This document shows positions 1-14,009 of a DNA stretch of 64,000 bases, one piece after another; position 1 is the stretch's first letter, and each line of letters starts with the position of its first letter. Below the pieces are notes generated by a model. The model did no database searches and had not been told where the DNA came from. It saw only the letters and a program-made list of their open reading frames with translations. A program made the position numbers and the translations under genes. Origin of the DNA: Chara braunii (Eukaryota; Plantae; Charophyceae); contig BFEA01000020.1 in assembly GCA_003427395.1 (NCBI GenBank), positions 3,542,439-3,606,438 of the forward strand, in the 5' to 3' direction.

Positions 1-1135
1 TCTGCATCTGCGCTCCTCTCCCGTAAGGGCGAATGCTATCCACATCGTTAATCGTGTGCGCACTGAGCGAGGGCAGCAATAGACGTGCATATCGGGGTAC
101 CGAGAACCTGGTCTTGTTCAGCGTAGTTTCGGGGTTGAACCAGGGCAAACCATTGTGTCGCTCTGAATCTCCACTTGGTATCAACAGACATGAAGCACGA
201 ACAGAAAACAAGACAAAAAGGGTGGAATGTAAAGAGCGATGAGAGAGAGAGAGAGAGAGAGGTCGGACAAACTGACAAATATTTGATAAACAAAAAAAGC
301 GGGATGTGAAAGAGAGTCTCAGAGTTACAGGATAAGAGAGGGAGTGAGGGAGAGGGAGTAAGACAGAGAGAGACATGCAGACTGGCGGGGAGAGATGGAG
401 AGATGGAGAGACACGCGGACAGAGAGACGACGAGGGAGACAGGATCGGTGAGAGCATCATCATACCCTCTTTCCACAACAGGAAAGGTTAAGTTGGGCGA
501 TCCGAGGGTATCAAGCGTGCTGATAGCAATCCAGAACAGGGTGGATCAGGATTGGGTTCGGGATCTGGATCGGGATATATGTGCTATCTACGGTCAATCT
601 TTCTTAATTCGTTTAAGTGGGACCTCGCTCCGAATCGGGTCTGGTCAGATGGTCCGTGAGTTCTCTAGCACCATTTCTCGATTTGTGCTTACGTATCATC
701 CTCCCAGTTACGCACGCGCCATGCTAATTAATTGCAGCCATTAACTAATTCATCAATTAAATTAACTAATTAATTTTTTTCTCTCTCAACGGCGGGTGCG
801 ATGTTCCCGGCAAACGAGGGACAAAAGAAAAACAAAATTACAAGAAAAAGAAAAAAAAAATATTTCTCCCCCGAAGGACGGAGTTCCAGATCCTACTTCC
901 TACGTGGAACCTTGTCCCAGCTCTGGTTCCTTGGCGTCGGGATCTCGACCGGAACCCGGGATCGCCATGAAGTGAATGGGCCCACCTGGAGCACAAGCTC
1001 GCTCTCGCTCTCTCGCAAATTTACTTTCTTTTTTTTGCATTCCTTTCGTAGCCTTTGACGCGGCTTTCTTTTTTCTCTTTTCTGATACCGCATATCATCC
1101 ACAGTCCAAGATTATTATTATTCATAATCATAATT

Positions 1136-1200
<65 letters not shown>

Positions 1201-1875
1201 NNNNNNNNNNNNNNNNNNNNNNNNNNNNNNNNNNNNNNNNNNNNNNNNNNNNNNNNNNNNNNNNNNNNNNNNNNNNNNNNNNNNNNNNNNNNNNNNNNNN
1301 NNNNNNNNNNNNNNNNNNNNNNNNNNNNNNNNNNNNNNNNNNNNNNNNNNNNNNNNNNNNNNNNNNNNNNNNNNNNNNNNNNNNNNNNNNNNNNNNNNNN
1401 NNNNNNNNNNNNNNNNNNNNNNNNNNNNNNNNNNNNNNNNNNNNNNNNNNNNNNNNNNNNNNNNNNNNNNNNNNNNNNNNNNNNNNNNNNNNNNNNNNNN
1501 NNNNNNNNNNNNNNNNNNNNNNNNNNNNNNNNNNNNNNNNNNNNNNNNNNNNNNNNNNNNNNNNNNNNNNNNNNNNNNNNNNNNNNNNNNNNNNNNNNNN
1601 NNNNNNNNNNNNNNNNNNNNNNNNNNNNNNNNNNNNNNNNNNNNNNNNNNNNNNNNNNNNNNNNNNNNNNNNNNNNNNNNNNNNNNNNNNNNNNNNNNNN
1701 NNNNNNNNNNNNNNNNNNNNNNNNNNNNNNNNNNNNNNNNNNNNNNNNNNNNNNNNNNNNNNNNNNNNNNNNNNNNNNNNNNNNNNNNNNNNNNNNNNNN
1801 NNNNNNNNNNNNNNNNNNNNNNNNNNNNNNNNNNNNNNNNNNNNNNNNNNNNNNNNNNNNNNNNNNNNNNNNNNN
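1201..1875. other. Assembly gap (N run) following a (CA)n microsatellite at 1138-1200
   Basis: Continuous N run; smaller gaps at ~13490-13522 and ~16020-16040. Confidence 0.99.
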
Positions 1876-2673
1876 AGAAGTGGAACGGGCGGAGGATCGT
1901 CCTTCATGTTGTGCCGTTGTTGACAGAGGTTTTTTTTGTGCGCGGGTCCTCCCCCCCCCCCGAAATTAAATAGGGGCGACGATCACACAGCAAACGCAAA
2001 GCCTGAAGAGTGTCATGCGTGCCGACTTTGAAATTTCCATATTCAATAATGCTAACAAATTGATAACATTAATACTAGTAATTAGTAAAAGAAATCAATT
2101 TACATGATTATGAACAATTGCCTTGAACATATTACGATGTAACACTAGTTAAAAATAAAAAAATAATAATGATAATAAAAAAATCAATCAACAAATTTCG
2201 AAATTTGTCAGTGCATTAATCACTTATACAAAGTATTACACAAATTAAGACACTACCGGTAGTAGTGATGATAACTCAACAGATGAAATAATTAATTAAT
2301 TGAATTTAAATAAAACAAAAATACGAGAGATTCAATTTAAATTTACTTAAACTAAAAAGTCGACCCAGTTAGTTTTGCAACTGCAAGGGTGCATGAACGA
2401 CCCACGCGAGTTCGCACCAGCAAAAGTTACTGCAGCCCTGTGCGAATGCGCACCTGGATGTGAGGATGCACAAGTCACGTATGATCTGAACCTGGACGTG
2501 TATCTGCGCAAGTGCATTCTGACCGGGATAATTTTGTACTTATAATTCTTTACTACTTAACATGAAGGGGCCATTTATGTCCCACACTGCAACGACGAAA
2601 AACTAGTAATGATCATGAACTTATTGTTGGTGCATTCCGAATAGATCCATCCAACGAAATCCAATTAACAGGA

Positions 2674-2978
2674 GCATGCATTTCAAAGTGTCCCACAAGA
2701 ACAACAATTAGCAGTTGCAAAGCCTTTGAGGGACAATCATTATTGCACTGCATGTTTTGGAGACAAAACACAGTAAAGTTACAGTGATTTAGTTTGTCAC
2801 AGCTCCCCATTTCTTGTCCTTTCCTCCCTTTCTGCCTGCGTTTCTCTGGGCTGTTCTTTCTGATGATGACATATACATGTACCAGTCATCATTCGCACAC
2901 ATACACACATAAATACTCACTCATACAGACACAACTGCACGTTCACACACAAGGGCACACACACACACACAAATACTC

Positions 2979-3017
<39 letters not shown>

Positions 3018-3557
3018 CACGTGCACCCACCCACAGACACGCACAATGCAAAGTGTCTTCAAGTCTCAGTCCGGGTTCAGGGTAGTAGAACAGAGTGTTG
3101 GTCGTGGCCCAGTGGCTGAAAACCCTTCTAAAGAGTGAGGCTCTGTTGAGGACCCAAGAGTGTGCCGAGTGATTCAAGTCTCAGTCTGGGACCAGAGTGC
3201 TGGTTGTGGCCCTGTGGGTGAAACCCTCCCTCAAGAGTGAGACTCTGCTGAAGACCTAGGAGTGTGCAAAGTGCTTCAAATCTCAGCCTGGGCTCAGTAG
3301 TGGTCGAGCATAATTCGACATATTTTTCAAAAGGGGTTAGCACACTCACACTCACACAAACTTGGCCATTCACAAACAGCAGCAACAAACACATGGCAAC
3401 AACGACACCAATGGATAAATGAAATTCAATTCACACGAGCATACATTTCTGAGTGTCCCACAAGAACAACAATTAGCAGCTACAAAGTTTTTCAGGGACA
3501 ATCATTATTTCACTATATGTTTTGGAGACAAAACACAGTGAAGTTATAATGATTTTG
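2674..3557 (+). repeat. Dispersed ~115 bp direct repeat (2674-2790 and 3440-3557)
   Basis: Both copies share GTGTCCCACAAGAACAACAATTAGCAG...AGGGACAATCATTATT...ATGTTTTGGAGACAAAACACAGT. Confidence 0.85.
3048..3310 (+). repeat. Degenerate tandem repeat, ~105-115 bp, about 2.4 copies
   Basis: TTCAAGTCTCAGTC/TTCAAATCTCAGCC recurs at ~3058, ~3173 and ~3276; AAGAGTGAG-CTCTG recurs at ~3132 and ~3233. Confidence 0.75.
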
Positions 3558-3936
3558 TGACACAGGAAGGGGATGGAGCTGAAGGCATCAACGAGTTTAA
3601 CAGAGATTTAAGTTGTAATGAGTGGTTAGCACAACAGGGGTTAAGAAAAAAGAAAAAAACAAAGATCACGACCCCAAATATCAATATGGCGATTCCGCAG
3701 ACAGTCAAGGATTCATTTCTTGATGAGTCAATGTAACTCCGACGAAAATCTGTCATCAAACCGTTTATTTGTGTCTACTTCTGTTCATTTGTTGTTCTTG
3801 TTTCATGTGCTGTGCGAATTACGTATACAATCTCACTCCACTTTTTTTTTTTTTTTTTTTTTTAGATGAGACATACTAGTTTCTCAGACTTACTATCTCA
3901 CACACACACACACACACACATACACACACACACACG

Positions 3937-3977
<41 letters not shown>

Positions 3978-5454
3978 GCACGCACACACCCACACACCCA
4001 CACTCTCCCCCGCCCACACACAGTGGGTGCATTGAATGTTCGAAAGACGGCCATGTTTCACCGCATGGTCATTACAGTTGTATTAGAGACAAAGAGACGA
4101 CACACACATGTACACACATACACTCAACAAATGCACATCCTAATTGAAAGTTCAAACCTTAAACAGAAGTGCAATACATTTCAAAATAGAGAATTAATAA
4201 ACAGAAGTCTATTTCACAAGGTTAATACTTTAAATATGTTCAAGATATCCAATTACCCACAATCTACTAATGTTTTTTTTTTAATGTTTGTAGCAAATAC
4301 TAAAAATAAATATTAATCTTGTTTTTTTTGCATCTTTTTGCTTGTTGATGTGTATGTTGACAGATAAAGATGAATCCAACAACTACAAACATCAAACGTC
4401 CACGTTATCTTGAGCAAATTCAGACCTCAATTGAAAGACAGCTCGGGCACGAGAAATTATGCATACAACATCAAAAGAGTTTCTTGACTGTATTGATCAA
4501 CAATAATTTTTTTATTTTTATTTTTTTTACGAAAAAAAATTATTAGTATATATAGAAATGCGAGAATGCTTAAATAAGTCATTGATTGATTTGTATTTAG
4601 GAGATATAGATCAGCCAAAAGTAGTTCAAGCAGTTCACTCACCTTTACAAATCAAAGATGAAGTGACACGATTTGATTTGTTACCTTTATTAAAGAAAGC
4701 AACAGTGTATGATTTGACATTACAACACGAACTACCACCGTAGGAACATGTATCACATTTAAAAAATGGACAAAACTGGTAAGATTCAGATATCCTACAA
4801 AGGCATGTTTCAATACAAATATAAGGTCAATGGATCCATTACCCAAATTAGCACGACAACCAATCATGGTTCAAAAGACAACATCGACATCATCAGCAAG
4901 TGCAATGACATCAAAATATCAAGTGGAGGGTGAAATTAAAAAAAAATGAAGTGCATTGAAACTTGGCAACAGCAACAGCAGCTGAAGCAGTACTTCAAAC
5001 TTCAAAAGAAACAACAAGTGAAATTTTCGCACCTACTCCTATGCTTACGATAGATACAGACAACAATTTTCCAACCATTGCAAATAAAAATGCAAGTACC
5101 AATGATACGCAGCATGAAGCAAGCGTCAATGATATACCAAGCATAAGGACGATAAAGATGCGCAAAAACAAGTGAAATAAGTTATCATCAATTATTTGCT
5201 TATATTGGAAGAACACGAGGAGGATGACAAAGAGAGACAATATGTACTTTGTCTATTTAAGAATCTAATGTTTTGCAAAAGTAAGAGAACCCATCAAAGA
5301 ATGATTGGAAAATCTTAGAATGTCAGCATTATTAGAGTTTACTAGAGGTGTAAGAATGTCATTCATGCAAATATTTTGACAATATAGCAACAATATGATA
5401 TCTTCATGACTCATGTTTTTTATATTTTTAAATGGTTTTTGGAGAAGGTTATGA

Positions 5455-5920
5455 CTAAACAAACCTAAGCTTTAAGTTGATCTCCACAATCATTGATTGC
5501 TATCATAATTTCAATTTGAAGCTCTAAGTAAAGGCACTAAGCAAAGATCCAGAGACAAGGTTATATTTAAAGACCCTAAGTGAAGGTCATAAAATATTGA
5601 ACCAATAAGTGAAAAATACTAGGTATAAGTGAAGGCTATAAATGAAGGCTCTGAGTGAAGATCATGAGTCAAAGATGTTGAAAAACCCTTTAATGAAGGT
5701 TGTCACTAAACAACCTAAGCCTTAAGTCAATGCACAAAATTATTGATTGCTCCTATAGTTTCAATTTAAAGTCCTAACCAAACACACTAAGCAAAGAGTC
5801 AAAGACAAGGTTATATATGAACGCCCTAAGTAAAGACCATAACAAAAATCTTCATGCAATAAGTAAAAAATAAAGGTCCTAAGTATAGACTATAATTAAA
5901 GGTCCTATGTGATGACTATG
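5455..5920 (+). repeat. Tandem duplication, ~250 bp unit, about 2 copies
   Basis: CTAAACAA(A)CCTAAGC...ATTGATTGCT...CACTAAGCAAAGA...AGACAAGGTTATAT at ~5455 and ~5706. Confidence 0.8.
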
Positions 5921-6239
5921 AAAACAGCAAAACACAAAATTACAAATTCTCCTCATAATTTGCATTATTTTGCGTTTTCTTTTGTCATGCATTGCTTGAA
6001 ATATCTTCAATATGGTCACTGATGATTATGACGTATATAGACGTTTTTATTTTAAAACGTACGTAATTTTTTTCAAACTTAAAAAAATATTTTCAGCAAT
6101 ATTAACAAAAAAACATAAAAAATACAATTAAAAATATATATATATATATATATATAAAATTAAAAAAATAATATAAATATAACATTGTTATAAACCAACA
6201 AAAATATTAACAATAAATTAAAATGATTAAAAAAAAAAA

Positions 6240-8044
6240 AACGTCACCAAACATATAATCATAACAAAAATGAAATACTTAAAAAACAACGATTAGCATA
6301 TCACAACCGTGAATCAATAAAAATTGAGCAGCAAGAACAACATTTAAAAAAAAAACAAAAAAATTAAAACAAAAAATAAAAAAACAAACAAAAACAAACA
6401 AAAAAATAACTAAACGACACCAAACTTATAATGATAACAAACAAGAAATTCTTAAAAAACAATGCATTGCATATCATAATCGAAAAACAAAACATAATGA
6501 AAAATATAGAAACATATAACTATACAATACTCAAAACAAACAACGTGGCAATCCAAACATAATTCCAATTAAACATACGCGTATAAAATGCTTGCTCGTC
6601 AACAATCATCAAATAATATAGATTTTATCGCAGGGTTTGAAAGTATCACAGAAGAAAAAAAACAAAAAATTGTAAATGAACTCCTAAATAATTTAAGTCC
6701 AAATGTTTTAGTAGAAGGAGTTTGTTGCATATGTGATCAATTTCAATTACAAACTGACTTACGCAATTATTCTATAAAAGATGATGCAACGTTAGAACGA
6801 ATGCGAGCATATTTGTATTGTCCCGATGATACATTACCTCCATCACTACAAGAATATTACGATTGCTCAAATATATGTTCTGCATTTGCAAATATTATGC
6901 TTTCAAAAGTAGGTATTCACAAAATCATTGATTCAAATATTATATTTGATATTTGTATACAATGCAACATCGTTATTTCAAAAAGAAATAAACCACGGGT
7001 TTCAAAATTTCAGATTGCTAAACATTTTTTTATTGGTCTTTACCACCCACAATTCCTGATCCAACATGATCAAAAATAGTATAACAAGTCTCATCACTAT
7101 TCTAGCACAAACAAGAATAATGCGTGACGGTCTGCATCGAACAATTCCTTCTTATTTATTGCTTTTTGATGTTATTCTAGGACCACCATCCACTTCGTTG
7201 CCACGGTAACTAAATACAACTGCAATTTACAGAATCATTTTGGGAGAACCTTTCACAAACGATCAATTCACACAAATCAAAAAATTGCATGTTATACGAA
7301 ATGATGTTGTTTTAAAATTACTTTCATTTTACAAAATATATAATACCGTCTACAAAAATATTACACTCGATAATTCATTAATCCGACCAATTTCAATAAA
7401 CGTTGATGACTTCATTCTAACATCAGTGATTGATCATATAAATGATGGTCATACAGCTAAAAAAATAGACAATGAGCAAGACGCCATAAATATTCTTATT
7501 GATTGTTCTGACGAAATGATCTACATAGGAAAAAAAAATATTTTTACTCACTCTACAGTAACGATCGACGATTTCACAAAACAACAAATTATACATCAAC
7601 TGAAACAATCAATGAAACAATTTTTTTTACAATGAATTAATCATCAAAATTTGCAATGCGTGTGATCCTGCATTAGATGTCAAAATGTTCCCTCACCTCT
7701 TTCCTTTTGGAAGAGGTTTCACAAAAGAAAAAGATCAAAGAGTTTCCGTATCAAAAGAACTTTGCGTTAAACATGATTACTTACTCAGTCATCGACGTTT
7801 TGCACAGGATCATCATTATGTATTAGCCCCATTTGATAAACTCGCACTTGATCGAGGCTACAAAATGGTCAGCATAACATGTAAAGCTCACCCCTTTACA
7901 TACAAACCAATATCAAATATTACAACTGAGCAATTACGAATCAGTTTGGAAAACAACATCGACGATGTTGTGGACATCCTTCATTGCCAATTGCTACTAT
8001 AATCAATATATTTTTGAAAATTGTTGAATGCAATGCTGCATATA
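6240..8044 (+). pseudogene. RepHel N-terminal part (charged repeats, Cys-rich DUF6570-like region, FPxLFPxGxG motif)
   Basis: Two KRHQTYNxNKxEILKKQxxAYHNR repeats; ORF 6588-7079 with CCICD...CIQC...SKFQIAKHFFIG; ORF 7685-8002 with MFPHLFPFGRG and HRRFAQD. Confidence 0.8.
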
Positions 8045-9311
8045 TATGAAAAAACAATTTTGTAAAAGTTGTTTGAGCATTTGACGAAGGTTTAAAAAAC
8101 TATAATAATGACTTGTATATGCGCAACATTGTTTGATTATGTACAACGCACATAATGAACCAGCAACTTCTTGTTTGTTTCTCATTGTGAGCATTTGAGA
8201 TGTGAGTCGTCGGCGCGCTTTTGTGTTTGTAGATAGTTCTTCGTTTTGTTTTGCTATTTTTTCTTGTTTTTGTCTTGCATCAAATGCAGCTAATTGCAAA
8301 GCGATATTACAATCGATTTTATGTTGGTCTTTCATAGTGTATTCATATGCGTAATAGATAAGGTCACTAACTTCCACACCTCCAAATAATGGTTGTGTAT
8401 TATGGTTGCATTTGAAGGTTGTGAGAATAACGTCGTTATAATTATTAATGTATTCGTGTCCAAAAGTTCAACGCAATTCAATTTCACTCGATGTAAATAT
8501 AGTTTGTGCTTGATGTCCGTGAGGGTATAAATAACGACAAATTTTATCTGTATTTGTGCATCGTGATTTTTTACAACATGATGTTATATGAGCCTAGCGT
8601 TTCGTTTGAACGAGGTAAACAAGAACACATAGTATTGATTTAAAGTAATTATCATTAAGAGAATCATGAATTGGGTTTGGTGGCATGTTAAGAAGTTATT
8701 GGGAATATTTATATAAGTAAATTAGGTCTTTTATACTTTGTACGTAATAATGTATTTGATTTTGTTGTTTCCAAAATACTGTAACGTAATAAATGTTGGG
8801 AGTTAACTTTGGTTTTACATTTTTGACATTCTCCGCTTGTAGTTGAGGGTAGAAACGATATTTTGTTATGATAATGCTGAGGGTAGAAACGATATTTTGA
8901 AGTTGATCAAAACCGTTTGTTGTATGTGGAACATTTTTAAACTAGATCAAACAATGAAGATGTAGTATTTCACATCCTTGTGTTTCAACCATATCATAGT
9001 ACTCATTTACATGTCTAAATGATCCGCCGTTTGGTGATGATTTTTGTGTCATTTTAGTAAAACCAACAACTGTTTTGAAAAATATATTCATTAGTAGATC
9101 GAATAGTCTTGCTGATGCAATGCTAACTATTCAGTTTTAATAATGGTATATGTGGTGTATGGTGAAATACGTTTGAAACAATTGTCACATTTAAAACGTT
9201 TGCATATGTTGAGAAAGTAAACGACATATCTGTGTTAGGTGTGATTGTCAAGAAATGACTGGGTTAACCAAATCGATCGTATGTTGCAAATGTTTCTTGT
9301 CGTCAAGCGTA
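8045..9311 (-). pseudogene. Helitron Rep (HUH endonuclease) catalytic core, inverted relative to the rest of the element
   Basis: Minus strand reads RQETFATYDRFG*PSHFLTITPN (motif 1), GGSFRHVNEYYDMVETQGCEILHLHCLI* (motif 2, HUH), INNYNDVILTTFKCNHN and LIYYAYEYTMK (motif 3). Confidence 0.88.
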
Positions 9312-12147
9312 AGAAATAAAATGTAATATAGAACAAAACAACAATGATTATGCTATTATTCATCCTTTAAATGATTATACATTCTGTCCACTCTCTTTAT
9401 CATCGCTTTGTTTCTACGAATTCCCATGCAAAACAACATTTTATCATTTACAATTGATTTGATATTCTTTAAAAATTATCCACAATCAAAATCAAAATGT
9501 TTGGGACGATATAAAATTTCACGTATTTCAAATATTTCATCTGAATCTCACATCCCACTTTATGATATATATAAAACATCAAAAAAATAAACTTGTCACG
9601 CTCAACTAGTTTTTTTTGTTATGCAAATCATTTCGTAATTTTCACGATCTACCACCTACTAGCATTGATTGACACACAACGTTCCTTCAATATTATAAAA
9701 TCATGCATAATTTCAATCGTTTAATATAATTGAACATCCATGATTATTATATCACACGAAAACGAGCAGCCGAGGGTGAAGCAAATCGTCCAACTTACGC
9801 AACTACAGATGCAATGTAAGAAGATGACATCGAATCAACACCAAAGAACAAAAGCTCAAATGATAAAACAAACATTGATGATGAAGATTACGATGATATT
9901 TACTGTTTAGATCCAGAAAATACATACTTCAAACACAATGTACAAAATTGTACAAAAACGCTAAATGATCCTATTCATTTCCCAATGATCTCAACCTCAC
10001 AACTATTAACCAAAAATACATCATCACCATATCATACATTAAAGATTTAAACTGTACAAACGACATCCAAAACCTATAAAAAAATAAATTCATATAACCA
10101 GTCTCTATTAAATATGTTAAAACCCAAAATTTTCTCAGACATCTCACCTTTACGAACATCGCAAAGAAGTCACAACCTTACCAACTCTTATGAATGTTGA
10201 TCAAAAAATATTGAAATTAATCCTTGGCACGATATTCCTTTACCAACACGAATAACATTACTAAAAAATGTTTTGAATCCATCAGATATGAAATATTTAC
10301 AACAATTTGACAATAAATCTCAGAATACAAAAACAATTCCCACAATAACAGCAATATCACATTAATTTCAACTTACTGAAAAACAACATGTGGTTTTCAC
10401 TTTTGTTGCATCAAGTATTTTAAAAACATGAAACGATCAAGTATTACATGATGAAAATCCACAAAATATAACATTAAATGAAATTATATATATAAAAAAA
10501 AACAATCGTCAATATTCTTAACTTGAGAAGGCGGAACAAGAAAATCACATGTCATTGCAACCATCGAAGTTTTTTGCAATGTTTGGCAAAGACAAAAAAC
10601 AATTGCAAAAACAAAGTTTACTGAAAAGTTGCAATCAAAATTTATCGTTTTACCATTCACAATTGGATCGACATGCATAACTTTGAAAATGAACATTCGT
10701 TCGAACAACGTAGTGCAAATTTCAAAGGAGTTCCATGTTTTTCTAAAAAAACTTCAGTTTTTTATAATTGATGAAATTAGTATGATGAACAAAGAACAAA
10801 TTGTGAAATTAAATATTGCATTACGAGCAGAAAGAAAACTAAATTTACCATTCGGAGGACTACATATTATTTTTGCAGGGGATTGGTTTAAAATGTCACC
10901 AGTTATGGATAGACCGCTATACGAGCAACAATCACAAAAGTATGCAGTCAATTCATTCGATATTGAAGGATTTAAGTTTTGACGTATTTTTAAAACAATC
11001 ATCATCTTAGATGAAAAAATTCGTTTCAAATCAGGTTCTCCTTCGGGAGAAGGATGTCCAAAAGCTCGTAAGGGCATTTGGAGTGATGAGTTCATTAACA
11101 TTATTAACTCACGACTACATTCTTCTTGCCAATAACAAAATTCACTATCATCTAACTTAATAAACACTAATGAAACACCAATATACGCAACACTAGACAA
11201 TGACACACACACAAACATCATTTATTCGTATATACGCGAATTAGCAAAACAATTGCCTGAAAATCATTATCCAATACATTGCTGCAAATTTTGACAAAAA
11301 CTTTAAAAACAAAAAGAAAGACGATATTCGTTTTATAATGTCTCTTCCCAACTACATGCTAGAACACTATGCACCATTTTTAGACTTCATTTTAGACATG
11401 CCAATTATATTCACCCAAAATGTCGACTCTAATAGAGACATTGCCAACAACACATTCAGAATTTTGCATTCCTTACAATTTCATCAAAAAACACAGTTTT
11501 GATTTATTTTTAATATTGTAGCATCTATACATATGCTTTTCCCAAATCAAGTTCCTCAACTTGCACTGGTTCGCATTCCAAATAAAAAAGGATTTGAATT
11601 ATTTCCATTTGCATTAAATGCTCGATTACCTAAAGATATTTACCATGTTTTATTTTAACGTTCAAAACGTTCAATCATTGTATCATTACCACGCATTTCA
11701 TTTTCATCACAACGAACTTGCATATTATATCCAAAACAATTTTCTTTCATTCCACCATCGATTCTACACTATATAAAGTTTAAGTAAAAACCCTAACATA
11801 AATGATTCTTGCAGACTGAAAAGCTTTATCAATGTCACAAATGAGAAAAAAAAACGTCCCACAACAAGGATACAGTGCAGTATCTCGTGTAATAAATCAT
11901 TACTCCTTCACAACCATTAAACCATTAACAACACCACTCACAAAAAAATTCAAACCTGATGAAAATGTATTACGTGAAGATGACAGACTTAAAAAAATTA
12001 CAGAATAACTGTTCCAAACTAACTTTATACAAAAAATGTTCAAAAAACCATCTTCTACATCATACATAGATGAAAAAATAAACCATCATATACAACAAAT
12101 TTACAAGAAGTACCGATACGCCGTCAAACAAATTCAAAACAACTAAT
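9312..12147 (+). pseudogene. RepHel linker and PIF1-family helicase domain, disrupted
   Basis: DYTFCPLSLSSLCFYEF; LTEKQHVVF; FLT*EGGTRKSHVI (Walker A); FFIIDEISMM (Walker B); PFGGLHIIFAGDWFKMSPV; QQGYSAVSRV (motif VI, ~11863-11892). Confidence 0.9.
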
Positions 12148-12399
12148 AATCTCCCCAATAATAAAAGATAACATCACTATGCTGAACTTCATTTGTTTGT
12201 GAGATAATCCAGATATAACATTATATTCAAACAACATCAACGAATGTTTTTATATGTCTTCCTCTCTAACAAACATTATCACAAACCATAACCAATCAAC
12301 AACATCACATTCCATAATTTTACAATCAGTTCTTCATTTCCCATCTTTACAATATACCAAATACACGGATACAAATTCAGATGATGAAAATATTATTTC

Positions 12400-12960
12400 A
12401 ATCCCAATGGATTCAGAACCATGTTTATACATTAGTCTACATGAACATTATTGGCTCACAAATATACCCATAAACAGTTATGCAGAACTAATAATGTATA
12501 AATCAACAACAATCTTCATAGCAAACACGTTCGCATACAGCCAAGGATTAACAAAAAATGATTATCATTGCATTGATCGACAAATCCGAAGAAGAAATAA
12601 AATTGGACCATTCACAGTGCTCACACATTTTCATTCCAATGAACATAAACAATACTCATTGGATACTTAGATATTTAAATCTTAAAACATAAACTATATA
12701 TTGCTATGACAAATTTTTCACTACTGATACAACATTTTTCTCTAACATCAAACAATGGCTATCAAGTAGAACAGATTGTTTACGCATATTACGACATGCA
12801 GGAACACATATCTTACAAGGACCACAACAAACTAATTCACACGATTGCGACATTTTTGTCCTCGTTATGCTTCGACATCTTATGCTACCTAACCCACTTT
12901 CACATATCAATGATTTCTCTAAAAAAGACATGTCTCTATATAGGACATTCATTCATAACG
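12400..12960 (+). pseudogene. Ulp1-like (peptidase C48, SUMO protease fold) remnant
   Basis: YWLTNIPINSYAELI...FIANTFAYSQ, then after a frameshift HWILRYLNLKT*TIYCYDK, then PQQTNSHDCDIFVLVMLRHL; His, Asp, Gln and Cys motifs are in Ulp1 order. Confidence 0.75.
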
Positions 12961-13522
12961 AACTTTGTCTCTACACACTCAACAAAATTACACCACACCC
13001 ACACTGTACAATCACCAATCCACCGCAACTACTTTGTCAAACATGATCAATACATTAATTACATATAAAACACCACTAATCATCAACACCTTTGTCAATA
13101 CAAATAACAACCACACTTGATCACTCGACTACAAGCTGTGTGGACATCAAGAGTCAAGATTCACCAACTCAAAACCAAGTACAAATGAAGGTATGTAACC
13201 TTCAAAAAACGAAGTACCTCTTTGGTCTTCCTTCCTCCCCCCCCTCCCCCCCCTCATCCCCACTCTCCACTCTCTATGTGTCTCTCTTTCTCTCTCTCTC
13301 AACCACTCTTTGACTATACCTTTAAGACAATCTATATATATATATATATATATAGCCTCTTGATGAGTCAGTGAAACTCCGCCAAAATATAGTGTGTTTT
13401 TTTTGGAGGTCAGTGTTTGCCCTTGTGCTCTCCCCCACTAACATGGTGCATGTTGCATGACTCTCCCTTTTTTTTTTTTTTTTTTTTTTNNNNNNNNNNN
13501 NNNNNNNNNNNNNNNNNNNNNN

Positions 13523-13567
<45 letters not shown>

Positions 13568-13883
13568 CAGATACACACACACACACATGGTCGTCGGGAG
13601 GGTGGATATTTTTAGGTTTCGGGGCTTAGTAAGGGGCGGGGCATGCAAAGAACCAATAGCTGCCCGTAGGAGGCCAAGGAGGCCGATCCTTGAGTTTTGA
13701 ACATTCCGAAATCATAACAGTGTGGGTTCACTTTTCTCAAATCAAAAGGTTTCTCATGCGCACTGTGTTCGAATACAACATGTACCTTTTGTACTCGAAT
13801 TTCAAAAAGGAAAAACTCTTGTGTTTCAATCGCATGCCTGCCCTTGTGCTCCCCGCCACTAACATGGTGCATGTTGCAGGGCG

Positions 13884-13915
<32 letters not shown>

Positions 13916-13971
13916 CTCTCGCAGCTTTGGCTAAGTTTGTCAAATTCTCTGAGAGTCCCCGGAAAGGTGAT

Positions 13972-14009
13972 CTTTATAGGATGTACCGCGGAGTTATAAA
14001 GTATCTAGT
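13972..14009 (+). terminator. Helitron 3' terminus: decayed hairpin followed by CTAG|T
   Basis: CTTTATAG-GATGTA-CCGCGGAG; the left arm differs from the perfect complement CTCCGCGG only by C>T and G>A changes; then TTATAAAGTAT, CTAG at 14005-14008 and T. Confidence 0.55.

Larger units (their letters stand above)
6240..14008 (+). mobile_element. Decayed autonomous Helitron (RepHel plus Ulp1-like protease); 5' end not identified and may extend to ~4300 or further
   Basis: HUH Rep motifs, PIF1 helicase motifs and a hairpin+CTAG|T 3' terminus in one AT-rich block; many stops and frameshifts. Confidence 0.88.

Noticed and set aside
176-190. tRNA-Met primer binding site (TGGTATCA)
   Set aside because: Only 8 nt match, not followed by GAGC, and no internal retroelement sequence follows
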